DNA from: Octopus vulgaris
Taxonomy: Eukaryota
DNA length: 64,000 bases
Assembly: GCA_951406725.2 (NCBI GenBank)
Contig: OX597832.1
Coordinates: forward strand, 8,122,001 to 8,186,000
Direction of reading: 5' to 3'
The translations under genes were made by a program, and so were the position numbers. This document shows, in pieces, positions 55,430-64,000 of this stretch (position 1 is its first letter; the number at the start of each line of letters is the position of its first letter). Under the pieces are notes generated by a model that saw only the letters and a program-made list of their open reading frames with translations, was not told the origin of the DNA and searched no databases.

Positions 55430-55468
55430 TAGTAGTAGCAGCAGAAGCAGTAGTAGTAGTAGTAGTAA

Positions 55469-55512
<44 letters not shown>

Positions 55513-55566
55513 ATAGTAGTAGCAGTAATGAAGTCATATACCATAATAATGACAACAATTATAATA

Positions 55567-55633
<67 letters not shown>

Positions 55634-55765
55634 CAATAATAAAAAGAAGAAGAAGAAGAAGAAGAAGAAGAAGAAGAAGAAGAAGAAGAAGAAGAAGAAG
55701 AAGAAGAAGAAGAAGAAGAAGAAGAAGAAGAAGAAGAAGAAGAAGAAGAAGAAGAAGAAGAAGAA
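55430..55765. repeat. (GTA)n-(ATA)n-(AGA)n arrays
   Basis: Direct reading. Confidence 0.95.
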
Positions 55766-56116
55766 GGGAAATAAAGAGGATGCTATACGTGAAATAAAGC
55801 TGTTACAATTTAGATTCCGATGAGCGCTAGATTTATTATAAATTTTGAGTATTGTGTGATAACTTTTTTAAAGAATTTTCTTCATAGAAATGTTTTAAAA
55901 TGTGAGAACATTTTCTTAATAAACATCTGCGTTTCACTATATGAAGACCAAATAAAAAGTATTAGTTGGATATTTACGACTGCGATATATTTTTGTTAAT
56001 GAAGACTATTCAGGAATGTCTCATGTATATTTTAGCAAAGTGTAAATCTTGATATTTTATTGTTGTATCTCGAATTATTCTGAGGAAATTATTCTTACAA
56101 GATATTGTTCTATTAT

Positions 56117-57027
56117 AAGGCAGCGAGCTGGCAGAAAAGTTACTACTCCGGGCGAAATGCTTAGCGGTAGTTCGTCTGTCTTTACATTCTCAGTCCAAAT
56201 TCCGCCGGGGTCTACTTAGCCTTTCATCCTTTCGGGGTCGAAAAATTAACTACCATTTGTATACTAAGGTCGATTTCATTGACAGGCTCCTCCCCCAAAA
56301 TTTCAGGCCTTTTGTCCCGAGTAGAAAAGAAGATTTTTCTCCATTATATTTTTGCATCATTTGTCTTCTTCTGATACATATACAGACAACTTAACATATG
56401 TAAATTATAAATATTATTCATGAAACATCATAAGATCTTTCTTCTTATGTATATTAATATAAATTTAGGTGTGTATAAAATATCGTCTGCAACCTGGAAA
56501 GAAGGAGTTATCTAATGATGCAGCAATTAGTATCCATTTTGTTTAACTGCTTCTGTATTATATTCTATTCAATTACGGATGTTAAATTTATTTTAGCTGG
56601 CACGAATTGCTCGAAATATAACGGTAAATAAAATACGGATATACAAGTAATATTACAAATGCAGTGATACTTTGAATTACATTCTTAATCTGTTCTTGAT
56701 TGGAACACTGTACGCCTTGTTTCTCGTTGTAGTCAAGTCAGTTGTAGCCATAAAGCATTATAAATACGAATGAACTTCTTTGCCTCAGCTAGCCTCCTGA
56801 GCGGAATAAAGAACAACAATGTTACCAATTCCTTCTTAGCAATTTTCAGCTGTGGGAGGAATTGAGGATATCGATCCACTGTTCAAATGGTATGTTTTTA
56901 CTATCGGCCCCCGAAAGTTGACCTTGGTAGACTTTGAAATCAGAAGACATAGAGGAAAGAAATACCGCAATGCATTTTGTCCGACGTTCTAAATCTAGTG
57001 CCAGCTCACCACCTTAAGAATAAAAGC

Positions 57028-57074
<47 letters not shown>

Positions 57075-57312
57075 AAACAACAGCAGCAGCAGCCGCAAAA
57101 ACAACAACAATAATAGTGGTTTCAAATTTTGTCACAAGGTCTGAAATTTTAGGGTAGGGGACTAGTTGAAAGCGTAGACTCCATTGTTCAACTGGTACTT
57201 ATTTTATCGAATCTGAAAGGATGAAACCCAAAGTCGAACTCGGCGGAAAACGAACGAAATGCCACTAAGCATTTCGCCCGCTGTGCTAACGGTTCTGCCA
57301 GTTCACCACCTT
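56117..57312. mobile_element. Three Meta-core SINEs (56117-56335 +, 56828-57015 -, 57117-57312 -)
   Basis: Head and core motifs. Confidence 0.75.
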
Positions 57313-57324
57313 AGCAGACAACAT

Positions 57325-58960
57325 AAGAGAATTAATTAGCTGTACCATGAAGACATGGAAAGTAGGCTTCTACTCAGGTGACACACAGTTAGTGAAAGTT
57401 AATATCAAAATATCAAAAAGTGAATTTTCCAGGGGACTCGTTGTCCCCTTGAATATTTTTCTTATGTTTGATCTCCCTTTGTTAAGTATTAAGGAAGGCT
57501 AAGGCAGGGTATCAGTTTCAAAATAGTGAGGGAAAAATTAACCATTTGCTCTATATGGATGATCGGAAACTTTTTATTATGAAGTTAAAGTAGGTAGATT
57601 TCTTAATACAGACTGTAAAATTCTTTAGCAAAGATATAGGCATGAAATTTGGCATAGATAATTGTGCAATATTAGTCACGAGGAAGGGACAAGTAGTAAA
57701 CGGCGAAGGCCTCCAATTATCAGATGGTCTGACATTATAATTGAAAGTAGGGAGGAGCATTAGAACTTGATAGGGTACTGACTGCAGAAATGACAAGGAA
57801 AATTGAAAAGGAGTACATCAGAAAGGTGAGGAAGTTAATGAAGTCAAAGCTAAATGGTCTGAACCTAGTGAAGGCTGTTAATACTTGAGCAGTATAATTG
57901 TTTATATACTTAGCACCTTTTGTAGTTTAGAGAAAAATCGATTGAGCAAAACTAGACAAAAGAACTAGGAAGGAATAGAGAACGCCAAACAAGGGCAAGA
58001 GTAGCAAGATTATACCTACCTAGAAAGGAAAACGTAAGAGGTTTAATATCAGTGGCAGACTGCGTAGAGTTAGCTAGAGTAGATATAAACTCCTATAAAG
58101 GTAATAGTGTAGAAATTTTATTAAAAGATGCTAGAGTCACAGTAAAACGTAGGGACGCCAAAAGCCCACACGAAGTTAAAAACCAGAAAAAAGAATGAAA
58201 GTTATCTGACTGGCAGGAAAAGGGTTTGCATAGTAGATTTCCAACGATAGTTGCAGAATGTAGTAGTAGTGGGACATGATAATGGTTGCAGAAAGGAAGC
58301 TTGAAAAGTGAGACAGAAAGTGTGTTAGTAGCTGCACAAGATCAAGCATTAAGGACTAATTGGATAAAAGCCAAAATAGATGAAAACCAAGCAGATTCTC
58401 AATGTAGGTTATGCAAATCAGAAGATAGTAACTGAATGTAGCATACTGGCAGAGAAAGAATAGAAGAAAAGACATGACAACCTAGGGAGAGTAATCCTCT
58501 TGGAGTTATACAGAAAGCTAGGATTTGAACCTACTGATAAATGATATAAACATGAACCTAGAAAAGTACTAGAAAGTAAGAAATATAAGATGTTGTTGGA
58601 CTTTAACATTCAGACTGACAAAATAATAAAAGCTTGAAGGCCTGATTTGGTAGTAATAGATAAAGAGAATAGAAAGTGCCAGCTAATTGATTATTTGAGT
58701 CCCAAATGATGAAAACATTAATATGAGAAGAATAGAAAAAATAGCTAAGTACCAAGAAATAGCTATTGAATTATAGAAAGTACGGAAAAGTGCGGGTAAA
58801 ATGTATCCCAGTAGTTATAAGTACATTGAGAACTATCCCTAAAGATCTGAACAGATGGTTAACGGAAATACGCATAAAAACCAGTTTAGTACAGCCCCAG
58901 AAAACAGCGTTATTAGGGACAGCTAGATTACTTTAAAGGGTTCTTGGAATGTAAGGTTAC
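57325..58960 (+). pseudogene. R4/Dong-like non-LTR retrotransposon RT and restriction-like endonuclease, decayed
   Basis: IFQGDSLSPL, INHLLYMDD, DIGMKFGIDNCA, VAAQDQALRT, RHD, RPDLVVIDK, QKTALLGTARLL. Confidence 0.9.
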
Positions 58961-59017
58961 TTCTAATCAGTTGATTATATATGAAAACAATAACAACGAC
59001 AACAATAATAATAATAA

Positions 59018-59810
59018 TGCATGGACAAATTGATAGGGATGTTGAAGATAAGACACAGAGAGAAAATGATGGTTATGGATGACTAAAATTGATTTAAAGC
59101 CGGAAACTGAGGGTCTAAACTGTACTGTCCAAGATCACGCACTAAGAACGAATTACACCAAATACGAAGTGGACAACACATTGGAAAGTGATAAGTTCAG
59201 AATTTGTGGACAAAATGGTGAAACCGTATGGTATATTACCAGTAAATGCACGCCATTAGCCGAGAAAGAATATAAGATATGTCATGACAATATAGCAAGT
59301 ACTGTCCATTAGACGCCTTGCAATAAGTATGGAGTTGACACAGCAAAAAAGTGGTGCGAACATTATCGAAAATGATAATGCAAAAATCCTATGGAATTTT
59401 ATGATTCAGTTCGATCCCGAGATAAAGAAGAGGAAGCCAGACATGGTTTTAATTGCGAAAGAAAGCAAACAATACTGGATCATAGATATAGCATGCCCAG
59501 CCGACAACAAGTTATGCGATAAGGAAGAAAGAAAAGTCAATAGATACAAGTTAGCTTGGGAGGTTAAGCTGTTGGTGTCGCTGAAAAAGGTAGTAGTAGT
59601 GGCAATAATTGTCCGAGCCTTGGGAACAGTGAGTAAAAATCTTGAGAAGTACATGTTAGAAATAGGTGCTGCAATAAGGGTGGAGTGCTTGCAGAAAACA
59701 GCACTGCTTGGAACCGCTCAAATACTCGGGATGATGTGCGAAAAATAAGAGGCGTTACCTTAGTTCACCGGTAGTGAACAGTTGGCACCAGCGTTACAAG
59801 CTGTACAAAG
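59018..59810 (+). pseudogene. Second R4/Dong-like 3' fragment
   Basis: MHGQ, QDHALRTNY, KILWNF, RKPDMVLI, IIDIACP, LQKTALLGTAQIL. Confidence 0.9.
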
Positions 59811-59849
59811 ACAATACATAACAACAATACCACCACCAACAACAGCAAC

Positions 59850-60450
59850 AGTAAGACCAAAGCTTGCTCGCAAAAATTACCGGGTTAACGTTCCTCAAAG
59901 CGTTTCTGACCCGAAATGCAGATATGGCGACACATTTGACGTAAAAATAGACCATCTCGGTACGGGATGTCTTGTGCTGAGATCAAACAAATATGAAAAT
60001 CGCCACGACAGTGCAGGACAGAGGGTTCATTGGAAAATAGGTAAACACTACAAAATCAGCTCTCCCATTTACTTGTAAGAACATCATCCTGAAATAGTCG
60101 TTGAATCCAAAAATGGCACTATCCTCTGGGATTTTCCAGTCAACACCGACAAAACGATCCAGGCTAATCGACCATACATAATTATTAAAGACACGGAAGA
60201 AACAACTTCTAGACTACTAGATATAAGTGTTCCCACTGATAAAAATATATATGTCAAGGAATTTGATATATTGAGTAAATATAAGGGCCTTGAAATTGAA
60301 ATACAAAGATGTGGCATCTTAAAATGTGTATGATGAAAAAGGGATATCAGAAACATCTAGATAAGATCTCAGAAAACCATTCTCAGAGAAATCCAAACTA
60401 TTGTACTGACAAGTACTGCGCACATCCTTAGAAATACCCTATCCATTCAA
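59850..60450 (+). pseudogene. Third R4/Dong-like 3' fragment
   Basis: DPKCRY, RHDSAGQRVHW, ILWDFPVNTDKTIQANRPYII, KYKGLEIEI, STAHILRNTLS. Confidence 0.85.
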
Positions 60451-62470
60451 ACGTCCGTGTTTAGTCACATTATTTTATGCGCATCCCAACCACAAAGAAT
60501 ACTTATCACTTATATAATGTAGATTATGTATACAAATTTTCATTGTCAAATCTTCAGAGATGCGTTCTTAATGTTACTGCATTAGTGAGGGTATGGCATG
60601 CAAGCGGAACTAGACATAGCAGCAGTGTCACTAACCTAGTAAAGTTAATAAATTAACGCATCTCTGATGATTCGACATTGCAATTTGGTTTTATAGTTTA
60701 CACCACATAACTGACAGACAGTAATTCTTAATGAAACGTCCATGTCAGCTCTTCTAGAAGCAATCTTTCCATAGCAAAATACACACACACACACACACAC
60801 ACCCACCCACATACGCACACACACACAAACACGCACACATACAAGCACGCACACACACATATTATCGACGTCGTAAGAATATATAAATTTCCAAGAGGAC
60901 GTGAATTAATTTTCGTTTTGGAATCATCTCTCGAAGTACCTGAATGCTATGAATATTAAGTTGCAAATATTGGGTTGAACATTCCTATTGAATATGTAGC
61001 CGGCTAAAATTATAAATGTAATCGGCATTTCTAAATCTTTGGTTGTCAGAATATACTGACAACCAAGTATAAACCATCAGTCTTGTCTAGAAAATATACA
61101 ATTTATGTTTCGTTATCAAAGCGATTATTTTTCTCCCATATACGATGAATGGATTGCAGCTTCGGAGGTAATTAATCAAAAGTATTTGAGCTCAAATCTC
61201 CCTCATCAAACAATATTATATGTATCTGTATGCATGTGATAGTGTTCGAGTTAAAAGAATATTAATAACCACTTTTATTTCATGACTATATATGTTAAAT
61301 GCATTAAATTCGATCGATATTTCTTCCCTTGTTGCAACTGTCAACAAAACGACATTTCTTTGTCACCATATTTTAAACCACACAGAGACGTGAAGGGATT
61401 TTGTATCGACACACGAAATAAATGGCACAGTGTCTTACATAAATCTTCATAGTTCTGACATGACCTAATCTGTCACAGAAAATTTTTCGATGTCTCAACT
61501 GCTTTTCATTACATACAAATATATCAATTTCTTTGGAGCAGTCATAATGTCTTTGGTTTGGGAATAAATATGCGCAGTCAATAGGAAGGTGTCTAGTGTA
61601 ATACTATTGTTAAATGTAATATATTCAAGGGAGCACAATAGGAGATTGTTTCCCCTCTGAATATGCGGAATGAGGAATTTATACAAATTCATTACATCAT
61701 AAACCGTTTCCAAAATACTCATCTACCATATCAGTAGAACATTGCTGGTCATCGTATTGGTCAAGAAATGTACTATTTCTTCTCTAGGCATTTTCTCAAC
61801 CGTTTTAGTGACAGCAAAACATTTCTTTGCCACATTATCTTAAACTACAAAGAGACATGAAGGGATTTTCTGCTGATACACCAAATAAATTATTTAGTTC
61901 ATCATTGGTAGGACAGAGAGCCTATGCTTTCCTTATCTTTTAGCTGGTTAAGACAGAGTTCACACCAGTCAAATAATGAAAAATTTGAATGAAAGAAAAG
62001 GAACGAAAATTCCAAAAATTCATGTAAGGAAAAGAAATTGTGTTTTATGTTTACAACTTCAATCAAATCATCCCTGCATTTTGCGCGACGATTTAGATGT
62101 GAAGGTAAAATATTTAATACTAATAATATAACTCTAATAACCATCTATTTACTTAATTCAAGAGTAATGATATTTTTATTAATTCACATTTAATACAGGA
62201 TATTTGGAATATAAGGGAGAAATAGACAAGAATGAGAACAGCTAGAAAATATGACATGCTTTTATTTTCTATTTTGTAACCTTCAATTTATTACGGCTTA
62301 CATTTTCTAGAAGTATTTTGTTTACAATTCACTTCTAACTTTCTGATGACTTGTTGAACTTTGTGTGTAACTTTGTAGAACCAATCTGCCCTGCAATCAT
62401 TTTCAACAAAGCATTTACATTTCCCACTTGAGAGGGGATAGAGAGAATAATAGTGACAAAATGAAACATA

Positions 62471-62537
<67 letters not shown>

Positions 62538-62868
62538 ACTATAAGCGAAACATAAAAGCACAACAAATAAATCAGGAACCAATATAACACGAACAAAGTC
62601 AGAGAGTATGTAACGAACACTCGTTTCTTATATACGGGTTATGAGGAGTTTAGGCGAATATATTTAATTACATTGCAAGGAAAAATGGGAGAGAAAGTGG
62701 AAAAAGAAATAAGAAAGAGCAATGATAAGCAAACAAACTACAGATTTGCAGTTCAGACTAAGGAGTAACAAACCAATAGTGTCATAATTACATATATCCA
62801 TATGAATAAATATGCAGTTGAGAATAACAAAAAGAGAAAGCAATGGGTAGCTCGATTGCTTACCGATC

Positions 62869-62925
<57 letters not shown>

Positions 62926-63032
62926 TTATATATGTATATTTTTCTATCTATATCTATATGTATATATGTATGTATGTATGTATGTCTGTATGTATATATA
63001 TATATATACATATATATGTATATTTGTTAATT

Positions 63033-63097
<65 letters not shown>

Positions 63098-63868
63098 TAA
63101 TATATATATCAATATATATATATATATACATATATACGTATATATATATTAACACGCATACAATATATATGTATATATATATATACAAATATATATATTA
63201 ACACGCACACAATATATATATATATATGTATATATATGTATACATATATATATACAAATATATATACTTATATACAGACATATATACTTATATATATGTG
63301 TGCATGTAATTATACTTGAATGTATGGATGTATGCAAACATGACTCTGTGAATGTATGTACTTGTCTATGCAATCATATACGTATATCAATTGTGTGTGT
63401 CTGATTCTGGGCACCTATGTAACTATATAGCTATACGTCTATCTACGAATATATGCATATCCGTCGCTCAGTATATACACACAAAACAAGCAAACAGACA
63501 AACAAGCAAATAAGCAACATGCATGAATATATCCTCGCTTTAAAGATAAATCATCGAGGTCAACAAGGTCTGTGATACCACTTCCAATAAATAGTTATTA
63601 GCTTCAAAGGAAAGAGAAGAAATAACAAAGAACAAAAATACATAACAATCATAACATGAAATGTGTAAAAATGGGTCCAAGTAATATTTGCATATGTGTC
63701 TTTCAGTGTCTGTGTATGAGTGTTTATGAGCGAGTCTGTGCGTGTGTGTGTATGTATATGTACGCATGCATGAAAATATATATACGTGTGCGTGTATGTC
63801 TGTATATATATATATATATATATGTAGGTGTTCATATTGATATATATATATGTAGGCGTTCATATTGA

Positions 63869-63925
<57 letters not shown>

Positions 63926-64000
63926 GGGAGTGTGTATACACAAACACATAAGTAAAATGTGTATACATTTCACTAATATCTATTCGTACTGTTATATACA

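Noticed and set aside
55288-55797. Poly-Arg protamine-like ORF
   Set aside because: (GTA)n/(ATA)n/(AGA)n microsatellite
60520-60565. Minus-strand CTGAAGA...GAAA hammerhead candidate
   Set aside because: Neither stem I nor stem III pairs

Overview
AT-rich, microsatellite-saturated eukaryotic intergenic or intronic DNA. The SINE types and (TA)n/(CA)n/(GATA)n/(AAT)n load suggest an octopod cephalopod (inference). No host gene can be supported; almost all listed ORFs are microsatellite translations. The window holds transposon relics: many tRNA-derived SINEs, RTE, R4/Dong and Hero-like LINE fragments, Chapaev3, mariner and hAT pieces, and a 5'-truncated Penelope-like element (PLE) with a GIY-YIG endonuclease. 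The main hidden structure is about 12 hammerhead-ribozyme (HHR) motifs from several families, mostly in short (TA)n-embedded elements, five with intact-looking cores. Two of them cap a ~4.8 kb palindrome (23794-28586) filled with microsatellite cargo, and one has a U3-A8 compensatory core. Fold-back inversions of 17 bp to 2.3 kb recur at retroelement junctions. All calls were read by eye; coordinates of degenerate elements are approximate.
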